NCBI GenBank assembly: GCA_039586575.1
Contig: JBDHKD010000003.1
Span: 7,817 to 71,816 of the forward strand
DNA from: Gemmatimonadota bacterium
GTDB lineage: Bacteria > Gemmatimonadota > Gemmatimonadetes > Palauibacterales > KS3-K002
Direction of reading: 5' to 3'
DNA length: 64,000 nucleotides
Under the pieces are notes generated by a model. That model had not been told where the DNA came from. It worked only from the letters and a program-made list of their open reading frames with translations, and searched no databases. Below are positions 46,849 to 58,311 of the stretch, piece after piece. A program made the translations under genes and the position numbers. The first letter of the stretch is position 1. Every line of letters begins with the position of its first letter.

Positions 46849-48003
46849 TTACTCGGTCAGCAGCCGCCCGGGCGCGGCCTGCGCCGGATCGTGCAGCCAG
46901 TGCCCGAGGCCCTTCTCGATTACCTCCGCGTAACGCGGGATACCCCGACAGCTCAGCGGTCGGTCGGGATTGAGCTCCGTCCAGCTCTCCATCGTCTGCA
47001 GCACGGTGGACGTGTGGCGACCGACTCGAACGTCGATCGGCCAGCCGCTCTCATCGATCTGCTCGAACAGCAGGCCGTGCTCGCCCGCCTTGATCACGAA
47101 CTCGTCCACCCCGGTGAGCAGCTGCTCGCGGGTCGTGCGGCCGCGCGTGGCGTCGAGGAACGGCTCGGGCGCCTCGAAGAGGAGCGAGATGGCGTCGGAG
47201 TAGTCGCCCACCTCGCGGTGCGACAGACCGTGCAGACTTCGCGGCGAGTATTCCGTGCCGATGTTGAACTGCTCATCGCTCAGCATCATCGAGACGAAGG
47301 TCGCCAGTTCCTCGCCCCGCTCGTGGGTGACGATCGTGCTGATCACCGGGTACTGCAGCTCCGCCTCGTGCAAGTCGACGAAGATGTCGACACCCTCCTG
47401 CCGGATGAGCTCCATGAACGCGTGGGTGGTGCGTTCGGTGAGCGTGCCGGCCGGCCGGCCGGGCCAGGTCCGGTTGAGGTTGCGGACATCGACGTAGGCC
47501 AGGTACTGCCCGCTCGGGTAGTGGATGTAGACCTCGGGATCGGGCCACTGGTCGAGCGGGTTCGACCAGCGGTCGCCCAAGCGGAAGGTTTGCGCCCCCC
47601 AATCGGTAGGTATCGTGAAATCGGGCGGGTAGGCCCCGCCCACCCGGGTCACGGTGGTGGCGCTGCGATTGCTGCTCAGCACCAGAATCAGCCGACCCTG
47701 CTCCATCACGGCATTCTCGGCGAACAGCCAGGCGGCCAGCCGCGCCGCCGGCTCCTCGGGGTGGGTGCCGCCCATGACGAAGATGGTGGCGCCCGGTTCC
47801 GCGCCGTCGAAGAAGTAGACGTTGCAGTCGTTGATCGTGCCGCGCAGCGGCTCGAAGTAATCGCTCAGCTTCTTCACCTCGGTCACACCGGGGCTCAGGA
47901 CCACCGCCTCCCGCAGGTGCCGGTGCCGGTAGAAGCTGGCACCGGAGGTGACGAGGAGCGCGAGGCCCAGGCCGCCGAGCACGAGCTTGCGCACCAGCAG
48001 CAT
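46849..48003 (-). CDS. succinylglutamate desuccinylase/aspartoacylase (AstE/AspA) family deacylase, membrane-anchored
   Basis: N-terminal TM. GGTHPEEP and HEAELQ zinc-ligand motifs typical of the M14-like AstE/AspA family. Start at MLLVRKL. Confidence 0.65.
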   Translation of the reverse strand: MLLVRKLVLGGLGLALLVTSGASFYRHRHLREAVVLSPGVTEVKKLSDYFEPLRGTINDCNVYFFDGAEPGATIFVMGGTHPEEPAARLAAWLFAENAVMEQGRLILVLSSNRSATTVTRVGGAYPPDFTIPTDWGAQTFRLGDRWSNPLDQWPDPEVYIHYPSGQYLAYVDVRNLNRTWPGRPAGTLTERTTHAFMELIRQEGVDIFVDLHEAELQYPVISTIVTHERGEELATFVSMMLSDEQFNIGTEYSPRSLHGLSHREVGDYSDAISLLFEAPEPFLDATRGRTTREQLLTGVDEFVIKAGEHGLLFEQIDESGWPIDVRVGRHTSTVLQTMESWTELNPDRPLSCRGIPRYAEVIEKGLGHWLHDPAQAAPGRLLTE

Positions 48004-48051
48004 TCGGCCGCCGTTACTGTCGGAGCCGCTCGGCACGACCTTCACCTCACT

Positions 48052-48211
48052 TCAGCCTGAACAGGCGCAGCAGGAACGGGATCAGCACTATGATGTAGAG
48101 CACTTCCTGCTCCCATTTCCGCGTCTTGCTCAGGTTCCAGATCAGGATCACCGCCACATAGGCGACGAGACCGTAGTAGAGGAGCGTGATCAGCGTCTGC
48201 AGGACGGCCAT
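48052..48211 (-). CDS. small 2-TM membrane protein (53 aa)
   Basis: Hand translation MAVLQTLITLLYYGLVAYVAVILIWNLSKTRKWEQEVLYIIVLIPFLLRLFRLK. Lies 13 bp upstream of the permease-like gene. Confidence 0.45.
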
Positions 48212-48223
48212 GACTCTCCTTTC

Positions 48224-49516
48224 TTACAGCCCTGTCAGGAACGCGAGCTGGCTCGAGAAGATCACCATGAGCGTACCGATGACCATGATGATCACGGCCG
48301 GGACCGCGCAAGCTTTCAGAAACTTCGCGTAGGCGTCCCGGTAGCCGACCACCTCCACGGTGAGCCGGCCGATGATCGCCGTCGGCGGCAGCGCGTCGCC
48401 CAGCGGCCAGATCACGCTCATGCCCGCCAGGGCGATGATCGGGTTGAGACCCATCGTATTGAAGAGCAGCACGAGCGGGACACCGAGCACCGGCGCGGCA
48501 CCCCACATCAAGACGGCCTCGGAGACCGGCAGAACGACGAACAGGGTGGCGAAGACCAAGGCGACCGGCAGCGTGACCGCCGTCACCGCCAAGAGGCCCC
48601 GCACACCGGTCAGCGTCATGATCTGCACCAGCACCCCGACGCAGGTGAGCGTGCCGATCAGCGGTAGCAGTTGCTCGATCGTCTCACGCGAGATACGCAG
48701 GAAATCGAGTCGGATCGGTGACAGCACGTATGAGGTCGCCGCGGCGGCGAGGAACATGAGCGGCAGCCCGATCACAGGGGTATCGTGCGGCCACTGCCGG
48801 CCGATCACGATCAGCAGCACGAAGACGACGAAGGGGAGGCTGACCCGCAGCCAGCTCATCCCCTGCGGCGGCCGGGGTAGTTGCTCGAGCGCCGCCTCGA
48901 GATCGATCACGCCGCCGCGCCAGCCGAGCAAGAAGATGGTGGCGAGCGCAGCGACCACGCAGGGGACGAGCAGTGGCCAGAAGAAGCCGATGTACGGCAT
49001 GTTGACGCCGGCGGCGGTGAGCATCGCCCAGAGGCTGACCGGCGGGGCCGCAGCGCTGAGGCCCGCGATGATGAAGACGATGGCGACGGTCCGTACCTCC
49101 GAGATCCCCATGGTCCTGAGCACGATCGCCACCATCCCGCCGGTGATCAGCACGGTGACGCTCCCGGCGCCGGTGAGTGCACCGGGCACGAGCAAAAGCA
49201 CGGTGAGCAGCACGGCCAGCAGGGCGCGGCTACGGTGAAAGCGACTGATGATGCCGCGTACGACGAAGGCGATGCCACCCGCGTCCTTGAGGATGTTCAT
49301 GAAGAGGGTGGCGGTGATGAAGATGAGGTTGATATCGAGGTAGGTCATCGCCCCTTCGGCGATGTGCCGGGCCGGCAGGCCGAAGCCGCCGGCGAGCGCG
49401 CCGCCGAGCGCCGCCGCGAACATCGCCAGCTCGGTGGAGAGCTTGGCGAGCTTGGCCGCGATGTAGACGGCGACCATGACGCCGAGAACGATCCCGGCGT
49501 ACGCGGTCATGCTCAC
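48224..49516 (-). CDS. DctM-like (TRAP large-permease family) membrane transporter without DctQ/DctP partners
   Basis: 430 aa, about 12 TM. ALTGAGSVTVLITGGMVAIVLRTMGI and AAPPVSLWAML parallel the DctM SGSSxAT / IPPSI motifs. The family call is tentative. Confidence 0.5.
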   Translation of the reverse strand: MSMTAYAGIVLGVMVAVYIAAKLAKLSTELAMFAAALGGALAGGFGLPARHIAEGAMTYLDINLIFITATLFMNILKDAGGIAFVVRGIISRFHRSRALLAVLLTVLLLVPGALTGAGSVTVLITGGMVAIVLRTMGISEVRTVAIVFIIAGLSAAAPPVSLWAMLTAAGVNMPYIGFFWPLLVPCVVAALATIFLLGWRGGVIDLEAALEQLPRPPQGMSWLRVSLPFVVFVLLIVIGRQWPHDTPVIGLPLMFLAAAATSYVLSPIRLDFLRISRETIEQLLPLIGTLTCVGVLVQIMTLTGVRGLLAVTAVTLPVALVFATLFVVLPVSEAVLMWGAAPVLGVPLVLLFNTMGLNPIIALAGMSVIWPLGDALPPTAIIGRLTVEVVGYRDAYAKFLKACAVPAVIIMVIGTLMVIFSSQLAFLTGL

Positions 49517-49617
49517 CGCTGAGGCTCCTCGCTGTCGCGGCCTGCGGTCCGCTCCCGGGATCCTGAGGCCGACCCCAACGTCTCCGCTCTCAACGTCATC
49601 ACCGCTGTGGCCGACGG

Positions 49618-50232
49618 CTAGCGGGCGAACACGCTCTGCAGAACGTCACCCAGCTCCATGTTCTTCTCGAACAGGATGAGCGGGATGCCGAGGCTCTCCG
49701 AGATGATGCTGAATCGCCGGTCCTCGTCCCCGTCCTGGCGGACGACCAGCAGGTCCGACCGGGGACAGACCGCATCGATCGACAGCTCGTCCGAGTTGTC
49801 GCCGGGCGCCGCGCCTTGCGCACGGCGCGCCATCCCCTCGACGTGGGCGCCGATGACCGTGATGCCCTGGCGCTCGGCCTCGTCGATGAGCGCCGCGGTG
49901 CGGTCGAGCTCGTCCTGGATCGAGACGCCGGCCGCCCCCATCCCCTTGAGACTCGCGCCGGTCACGATGATGATCGACTTGAAAGGGTCCCCGGCTTGCT
50001 GTCTGTCGATGAGGTCCTGGGCAGTGGCCTGCTCGAGGAACTGGTGCGCCAGCTCCAGCCTGTTGAGGAAGAACCGTAGGCGCGCGGGTCCGGGACTCTG
50101 GCCGCAGGAGGTGAGCAGCACCGGCAGCTCGGCGCTGGCCGGCGCTTCCTGAGCGGAAAGTGCCCCAGGGCTGGCCAGCGCAGTGCACGCGAGCGCGGCC
50201 AACCCGACCGTCAACCTGCCGTGACGCTTCAT
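49618..50232 (-). CDS. secreted alpha/beta protein, function unknown
   Basis: 205 aa from MKRHGRLTVGLAALACTALA (signal peptide). Beta-alpha-beta pattern (SIIIVTGASLKGMGAAG, ITVIGAHVEG). Confidence 0.5.
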   Translation of the reverse strand: MKRHGRLTVGLAALACTALASPGALSAQEAPASAELPVLLTSCGQSPGPARLRFFLNRLELAHQFLEQATAQDLIDRQQAGDPFKSIIIVTGASLKGMGAAGVSIQDELDRTAALIDEAERQGITVIGAHVEGMARRAQGAAPGDNSDELSIDAVCPRSDLLVVRQDGDEDRRFSIISESLGIPLILFEKNMELGDVLQSVFAR

Positions 50233-50349
50233 GGTCCGTGCCTCTGCGAGAATGGGCTGGTGGGGCTGTGTCGCCAATACTAGCCGATGCGGGCTGGGGC
50301 TGCAATCGAGGCCCGCCGACCGTGGCCGCCTTCGCGGCGTTCGGGCGCG

Positions 50350-52788
50350 CTAGTCGGACCTCAGCGCCGCGTTCGGATCGACGCGAGTGGCCCGCAGCAC
50401 CGGCACGGTGATGGCCGCGAGCGCGACGAGCATCATCAAGATCGCGCCCTGGACCAGGAACCACGGATCGAAGGGGCTTATGCCGAAGACCATGCTCGAT
50501 GTCAACCGCGCGGCTGCCAGCGACCCCCCGAGACCGATGACCAGTCCCAGCGCGACGAGCAGAAGGCCCCGTGACAGGAACAGCCTGAGCACTCTCTTGC
50601 TGTCAGCACCCAGGGCGAGCCGCAGACCGATCTCGTGGGTGCGGCGCGACACGTAGTAGGACATCACGCCGTAGGTACCGGCGACGACGAGGATCAGCGC
50701 CGTGACGGCGAAAAGGCTGACGAGGAGCATGAAGAAGCGCCGGCGCTCCGTGGCCTTCTTCACTGCGTCAGCCATGGTGCGAACGCCAGCGAGCGGCACC
50801 TGGTCATCCAGATCGCGGAGCACTTCGCGCAGGGCGCCCGTGAGTGCCAGCGGCTCGCCGGACAGCCGCACGACCAGCTGCGTGAACGTCCAGACCTCGT
50901 TGTCGAAGTGGAAGTACATCTCCGGCAGGGGTCGGTATTCGAGACCCCACTGCGGTACGTTCTCGACCACGCCGACCACCGTGGCGCTCCACCCCGGCGT
51001 CTCTTCGTTCTCGCGGATTCGCTTGCCGAGCGCGTTCTCGCCTGGCCAGTACCTGTCGGCGAAGGCCTGGTTGATGACGACGCTACGGACGCCGTCGGCA
51101 GCCTGCGGCGCGATCCTGTCGTCCTCGGTCAGCAACCTGCCCGACAGCAGCGCGATCCCCATCGCCTGGAAGTAGTGCGGGCTAACGTAGGAATACTCGA
51201 CCAAAGGCCGCCGGGACTCCGGGTCGTAAGTCTCCCCCTCGACGAGCACCGATCCATTGTTGCCGCCTCTCATCGGAAGCTTGTTGGTGGCGGCGGCGAA
51301 CTCGACCGCCGGCAGCGCTTCGACCCGCTCGATCAGGCGATCCCAAAAGGCGACGCGCTGCTCGGTCTCCTCGTACCCCGGGCCGTTGGTCGAGATGCCG
51401 GCGACGAGCACTTGATCGGTATCGAATCCGCGGGGAAGCCTGGACACGTTGGAGTAGCTCACGATGAGAAGTCCGGCGCCGTTGGCCAGCACAAAGGCGA
51501 TCGCGAGTTGCCCGATGACCAGGGCGCCGAGGATCCGATTGTGCTTCCGCCCGCCCACCTGGCTTCCCCGGCCCTCTTTCAGCGACCCGATCAGGTCGGT
51601 GCGCGATGCCAGAAGCGCCGGCAAGAGCCCGAAGACGAGACCGGTCGCCGCCGTGATGAGAATCGTGTACAGCAGTACCCCACCGTCGATCCGGATTCCC
51701 TCGACCCGCGGGATGTAGGAAGGAATGCGGCCCTTGATCACGTCGACGCCCCAGAGAGCGAGCAGAATGCCGATCAGACCGCCAAGAGCGGAAAGCACCA
51801 TGCTCTCGGTCAGCAACTGGCGGATCAGGCGTCCGCGCCCCGCACCCAGCGAAGCCCGGATAGCCAGCTCGGTGAGCCGCGTCGTGCCCCGCGCCAGCAA
51901 CATGGCCGCCACATTGGCGCAGGCGATGAGGAGGACGAGGCCCACCACGAACAGCAGAATCACCAGGAACGAGCGAACGTAGCCCAACGAGCGCTGGGTG
52001 AGCTGGTCGATCCAGACATCGGTTTGAGCGTTGGTACTGGGATACAGCTCGGCCAGGCTCACCGCTATGCCCTTCAGCTCCGCCTCCGCCTGCTCGACCG
52101 TCACGCCGTCGGCGAGCCGGCCGACGGCGGCGAAAGAGTGCCACCCCCGGTCACCATCTTGAGCGAGCGGCAGCGGCACCCAGAGCTCGGGATCTTGGGT
52201 CATGGAAGTCCACGGCCTCGGGAACTCGTAGTCCGCCGGCATCACACCGGTGATCTGGAAGCTCTGCCCGTCGATCATCATATACTGCCCAATGACGTCC
52301 GCCGCGCCGCCGTAGCGGAGCTTCCAGAGCCGGTCGCTGAGAATCACCACCCGGTGGTTGCCTTCCAGCTCTTCCTCGTCGCTGAACAGGCGTCCCAGCG
52401 CCGGCTGCACGCCGAGCGCGCGCAGCGTGCTGGCGGTGACGCGCGCGGCGAAGTTGCGCGTCGGCTCCGGATCGCCGCCCAGGTTGACCCAGTTGAAACG
52501 GAAGAGGCCCATCTCCTCGAGCGTCGTGTTCTGCTCCCGCATGTCGAAGTAGTCGGGCGACGTGAACGGCTGGTAAAAGCGGTAGCCCTTCTCGGTCTCC
52601 CAGACGGCCACCACGCGCTCGGCATCCGGGTAGGGTAGCTCCCGCAGAATCAAGCCCTTCAGCACGCTGAAGATCGCCACGTTCGCCCCGATACCGACGG
52701 CGATCGTGACGGCGACGAGCGCTGAGAAACCCGGCCGCCGAACCGTCTGACGCAGAGCGAGACGAAGATCTTGTGCGGTGCCGCCCAT
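50350..52788 (-). CDS. ADOP-family duplicated FtsX-like ABC transporter permease
   Basis: About 812 aa from MGGTAQDLRLALRQTVRRPGFSALVAVTIAVGIGANVAIFSV. Confidence 0.8.
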   Translation of the reverse strand: MGGTAQDLRLALRQTVRRPGFSALVAVTIAVGIGANVAIFSVLKGLILRELPYPDAERVVAVWETEKGYRFYQPFTSPDYFDMREQNTTLEEMGLFRFNWVNLGGDPEPTRNFAARVTASTLRALGVQPALGRLFSDEEELEGNHRVVILSDRLWKLRYGGAADVIGQYMMIDGQSFQITGVMPADYEFPRPWTSMTQDPELWVPLPLAQDGDRGWHSFAAVGRLADGVTVEQAEAELKGIAVSLAELYPSTNAQTDVWIDQLTQRSLGYVRSFLVILLFVVGLVLLIACANVAAMLLARGTTRLTELAIRASLGAGRGRLIRQLLTESMVLSALGGLIGILLALWGVDVIKGRIPSYIPRVEGIRIDGGVLLYTILITAATGLVFGLLPALLASRTDLIGSLKEGRGSQVGGRKHNRILGALVIGQLAIAFVLANGAGLLIVSYSNVSRLPRGFDTDQVLVAGISTNGPGYEETEQRVAFWDRLIERVEALPAVEFAAATNKLPMRGGNNGSVLVEGETYDPESRRPLVEYSYVSPHYFQAMGIALLSGRLLTEDDRIAPQAADGVRSVVINQAFADRYWPGENALGKRIRENEETPGWSATVVGVVENVPQWGLEYRPLPEMYFHFDNEVWTFTQLVVRLSGEPLALTGALREVLRDLDDQVPLAGVRTMADAVKKATERRRFFMLLVSLFAVTALILVVAGTYGVMSYYVSRRTHEIGLRLALGADSKRVLRLFLSRGLLLVALGLVIGLGGSLAAARLTSSMVFGISPFDPWFLVQGAILMMLVALAAITVPVLRATRVDPNAALRSD

Positions 52789-52929
52789 GACCCTGCTCCC
52801 GTTTAAGTGCACCCGAGCGCTAACCTGGAGACGAGGAGGCAAGAGGAGTGCCAGTGCGCGCCCGCGAGCCGGAAGCGGCAACTGATTGCATCACAAAAGA
52901 TTAGATGATCGGGCGGCCCGGCGCCGTCA

Positions 52930-54039
52930 CTACGACTGTTCGGAAGCGGCACGCCTTGTCCGGAATCGAACGGCCGTCGCCACCCCGGCGAGAGCGGCGA
53001 AATAGGCCGCCGTGACCAGCCAGAAGCGGCCGCCCGGCGCCCCTACATCATCCCGCAACCGTGTCGTACCGGGCGCGGACAGCGGCACGGGGTCCCAGGG
53101 CAGCCCGTAGCGCAGCGCCAGGCCGCGGATGTTGAGCAGGTGGATCACCGGGACGCCGCGAGCGGCCATCTCGAAGAGCACCCCGCGCTCCTCCTGCGGC
53201 GGCAGCTCCAGGTCGGCGTTAAGGCCGGGTTCCACGTTCAGCACCAAGGGGCTAGTGCCGAGGTTCGCGTCGCTGCCGCCGATGTTGAGGAACGCCGCTA
53301 CCCGCCGCTCGGGCGCGCCGAGATAGATCGCCATGCGGCGGGCCACGTTGCCGCGCAGATCAGGATCCTCCAGCAGCGGGGTTCCGCTCGCCCGGATCCG
53401 CTCGAGCAGGAGGTCCCGGATAGCGGGATCGAATTCGGCGCCGACGTCACCTTCCCCGCCCAACGACACCGCCGCCGGCGGCGTGGAAAGGATGCCGTCG
53501 CTGAGCAGCAACTCGTGGATGTCCAGCAGGGTGAGGCCCGGCCGGGTCGCCCCATATGACGATGCGCCCAGCGACAGAATCGTCACCGGGTGAACGTCCA
53601 GCGCTTCAGCGGCGGTCAACGCCGCGATCAGGAGGGCGGGAAACGAGGCGGAGCATCCCACGGCGATGGTGTCGCCGGCGGCGACACCGGCGCGGCGCAG
53701 GAGATGTACGACGAGCCCGGCCAGATCGGGGTTCGTGGTGGTCCGCTTCGCCTCCAGCCGGCCCAGCGTCGTGAACAGAGGGGTATACTCCGGTCCGATG
53801 AGCCCGGTACGGTTGGGATCCAGCGACTCATCGATGGGTATGCCGGCGGTCTCGGAACGCCTTGCAACGGCGGCGGTCGCCCGCTCCATGTGCGCCGCCG
53901 CCTGCAGCATCTCCTCCGACCATTCGATCGAACCGCGCGGCGCGAGCGTCTGCAAGGCGAGCCAGGCGATGAGGCTCACGACCCCGGCCGCGACGATGCG
54001 GTGCTGGGTTCGGCGGTCGACGGGCAGGACGGATGTCAC
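52930..54039 (-). CDS. poly-gamma-glutamate system accessory protein (non-PgsA type), tentative
   Basis: 369 aa with N- and C-terminal TM helices, directly downstream of pgsC. Not metallophosphatase-like, so not CapA/PgsA. Confidence 0.4.
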   Translation of the reverse strand: MTSVLPVDRRTQHRIVAAGVVSLIAWLALQTLAPRGSIEWSEEMLQAAAHMERATAAVARRSETAGIPIDESLDPNRTGLIGPEYTPLFTTLGRLEAKRTTTNPDLAGLVVHLLRRAGVAAGDTIAVGCSASFPALLIAALTAAEALDVHPVTILSLGASSYGATRPGLTLLDIHELLLSDGILSTPPAAVSLGGEGDVGAEFDPAIRDLLLERIRASGTPLLEDPDLRGNVARRMAIYLGAPERRVAAFLNIGGSDANLGTSPLVLNVEPGLNADLELPPQEERGVLFEMAARGVPVIHLLNIRGLALRYGLPWDPVPLSAPGTTRLRDDVGAPGGRFWLVTAAYFAALAGVATAVRFRTRRAASEQS

Positions 54040-54046
54040 GGCGCTC

Positions 54047-54481
54047 TCACACGAGGTTGATGATGAGACCCAGCCAAGCCGTCAGCACGGTGACGGTGAC
54101 CAGCGCCGCCGTCGTGACCACGGGGCCCTGCCGCTCGAGATGGCTGGCGATGAGGCCGGGGATCACCCAGCCGATCACCCTGAACTCGAGCGAGACGGGG
54201 AAGATGGCGGGGAAGAGCTGACGCCAGAAGAACGCCAGCAGTCCGCCCACCAGGATCAGGAACACGAATCGCCGCCGCCCGAAGAGGATGAGCCAGCGGC
54301 AGGAGAACCGGTAGATCGCCATGGTCAGGAAGGCGGCGATCAGGGTGCCGGCGATTCGTGCCGGCTCCTGGATGAAGAGCACGAGGTAGCTGGGCACGAT
54401 GATTCCGCCGGGATAGATACCGGTTAGCGCGGTGAAGGCCAGCGAAATCAGCAGCCCAATGAAAGGGAGCTCGAATCCCAT
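54047..54481 (-). CDS. pgsC: poly-gamma-glutamate biosynthesis protein PgsC/CapC
   Basis: 144 aa, 4-5 TM, with the CapC-like pattern (...GIYPGGIIVPSYLVL...RFVFLILVGGLL...EFRVIGWVIPGLIAS...). Confidence 0.75.
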   Translation of the reverse strand: MGFELPFIGLLISLAFTALTGIYPGGIIVPSYLVLFIQEPARIAGTLIAAFLTMAIYRFSCRWLILFGRRRFVFLILVGGLLAFFWRQLFPAIFPVSLEFRVIGWVIPGLIASHLERQGPVVTTAALVTVTVLTAWLGLIINLV

Positions 54482-54486
54482 CGGCT

Positions 54487-55689
54487 CTATATCTCCAAGG
54501 TTTCTCCCACACGGCTCCAGTGCGTCACCAGCGCTTCACCCGCCTCGCCGATGTTGCCGAACCCGAACACGACACCACCGGCCTCGCGGATCGGTGACAG
54601 CACGCAATCCGTGATATCGGCCGGCCGAGTCAGTCGCATGACCTCGATCTCCGCAGCATCATCGATACGCTTCAATCGCCGCGCCACAGCCGGAGCGTGC
54701 AACCCCAGAACACAGAGGCGGCTGAATCGATCCAGGAACCCGCCGCCCAGCGTTTCCACCCACTGGAGCGTCCGGTCACCGCGATCGGTGCGCAGGTTCA
54801 GCAGTCCGACGCAGCGCTCCGGGCCGACATCGAGGGCGGCCGTGACCTTGCCATGGACGAGCAGGGTGGATTCGGGATCGTTGGCGGCGAAGGCGTTCAC
54901 GAGAAAGCAGGGGGCCGGGGCACCGGCCGGCTGGTGGCGCCAGATCGTGAGCGCCCCGATGTCACCGCGGCTTCGCTCGATGCCCCGACGGATCGTCCGA
55001 TCGTCGACGCCGAGCGACCGGGCCGCCGCACAGACCAGGTCGAGGTTCTCGCCGAAGCGGACGACGTTCGAATCGGTGCCGTCTCCGAGCAACGAAAGGG
55101 CCACGCCCGGCGGTACCTCGACCAGATCCCCCCCTCCCTTCCCCACAGCGCTACGGAATTCGCGAAGGCACTCCTGCTGTGGCACGAAGGCCCGCGCGCC
55201 CGGTGGGAGGTCGAGGCCAAGCACCGAAGCGACCGTCTCCCGCGTCTCACCCATCGCGGCGGTGTGGTCGACGCGGAAATTGGTCACCAGCACCAGGTCG
55301 GGCTTCAGCAGCTGTCGAGCTTCGACGCGGTGATTCTCCGGGTGGATGCTCATGACCTCGACGACCGCGGTGTCCACACCCAGGTCGGCCGCCAGGCGGA
55401 TCACATGCTTCTGTTCGATGATGGAGGGGCGACCGCGCCTGCGGATCTCGCGCTGCGAGCCGTCAGGCAGGATGAGGGCCGCTTCCGAGCCGGTGGTCTT
55501 GGCCAGAACCTGCCGTCCGCTCTCCCGCAGCACCGACGCGAGCATCCGCGTCACGCTCGATTTCCCCCGGGTCCCGGTGACCGTGACGACGATGGGGATG
55601 GCCTGGCGGCGGCGATCGAGTCGGGACCGCTCGAAGATCAGGTAGGCGAGCGCGATGGCGATCAGCGTCAGCAGAAGTGTCAGCGACAT
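54487..55689 (-). CDS. pgsB: poly-gamma-glutamate synthase PgsB/CapB (Mur-ligase family)
   Basis: 400 aa. N-terminal TM then VTGTRGKSSVTRM P-loop as in CapB. Confidence 0.8.
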   Translation of the reverse strand: MSLTLLLTLIAIALAYLIFERSRLDRRRQAIPIVVTVTGTRGKSSVTRMLASVLRESGRQVLAKTTGSEAALILPDGSQREIRRRGRPSIIEQKHVIRLAADLGVDTAVVEVMSIHPENHRVEARQLLKPDLVLVTNFRVDHTAAMGETRETVASVLGLDLPPGARAFVPQQECLREFRSAVGKGGGDLVEVPPGVALSLLGDGTDSNVVRFGENLDLVCAAARSLGVDDRTIRRGIERSRGDIGALTIWRHQPAGAPAPCFLVNAFAANDPESTLLVHGKVTAALDVGPERCVGLLNLRTDRGDRTLQWVETLGGGFLDRFSRLCVLGLHAPAVARRLKRIDDAAEIEVMRLTRPADITDCVLSPIREAGGVVFGFGNIGEAGEALVTHWSRVGETLEI

Positions 55690-55691
55690 TG

Positions 55692-57298
<1,607 letters not shown>

Positions 57299-57300
57299 GA

Positions 57301-58311
57301 CTACTCGCTGTGCTGGACGCGGAAGTTGGGCCGGATCTCGCCGACGATCTCGTTCCGCGTGTTCGCTACCGACACGGTGTGTCGGTCGTCCAGCACCCCT
57401 AGCTCGTCAGCGGTCAGCAGCTTCAACTGGGCAAGGAACTCGAGGACAGCCGAGCCGAGGGCGCGCCGGTTACCATCTTCGACTTTGACGGCGATGCCGA
57501 GGCCGCTGTCGCGGTCGGCCAGGCAGTAGACGGCCTCGGCACCGAACTTTGCGAGCACTCGGCCGCCGGTCGTCTCCATGATTCGCGTGCTCAGCCGGTT
57601 GCTGCCGGCGACATAGAACGGCTCGCCCGTCATTGCGCGCGTCACGCGTCCGGCGGCGCCTGCCGGGTCGTGTTCGGCGGTGGCGATGAGCTTGGCGTAG
57701 ATGCCGGCCATGACGTTGAGCGGCTGCGCGAAAGAAGGGACACCGCAGCCATCGAGGCCGACGGGCAACGCCTCGCAGCGCAAGCCCGCCCACTCGCCGA
57801 TCTCGGCGCAGATCCGCTGCTGTACCGGATGGTCGGCGTGATGGTAATCCTTGGTCTCGGCGCCCAGGTGCCGCGACCAGGCGAGCATGCCCGCGTGCTT
57901 GCCCGAACAGTTGTTGTGGACGGCGATCGGTGAGGCGCCGCGCGCGCGCAACGCCTCGGCGGCGGCTTGATTGAACGGCCAGTGCGCCCCACATACGAGG
58001 TCGTCCTCGGAGAGTTCGATCTTATCGAGGATCGAGCGGACCGCGTCGACATGCGCGGGCTCGCCGGAATGGGAAGCGCAACAGATGGCTATCTCAGCGT
58101 CGCTCAGCTCGAAGGCATCGGCGGCCCCATCGGCGACGAGCGGCAGCGCCTGAAGCGGCTTGGCCGCCGAGCGAAAGAACGTCAACAGCTCGGGATCACC
58201 GACCCAGGCGCGCAGCCGGCCCTGTTCATCGACCGCGGCGGCCGAGACGCGGTGCCGCGACTCGACGCGTCCGCCGCGCGTCACCTCGATGACGGCATCA
58301 CCCACCCTCAA
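57301..58311 (-). CDS. asparaginase II family protein (pfam06089-like)
   Basis: IEVTRGGRVESRHRV...CCASHSGEP...NNCSGKHAGMLA motifs. TTG start at 58311 preceded by AAGGGGGG. Confidence 0.7.
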   Translation of the reverse strand: MRVGDAVIEVTRGGRVESRHRVSAAAVDEQGRLRAWVGDPELLTFFRSAAKPLQALPLVADGAADAFELSDAEIAICCASHSGEPAHVDAVRSILDKIELSEDDLVCGAHWPFNQAAAEALRARGASPIAVHNNCSGKHAGMLAWSRHLGAETKDYHHADHPVQQRICAEIGEWAGLRCEALPVGLDGCGVPSFAQPLNVMAGIYAKLIATAEHDPAGAAGRVTRAMTGEPFYVAGSNRLSTRIMETTGGRVLAKFGAEAVYCLADRDSGLGIAVKVEDGNRRALGSAVLEFLAQLKLLTADELGVLDDRHTVSVANTRNEIVGEIRPNFRVQHSE

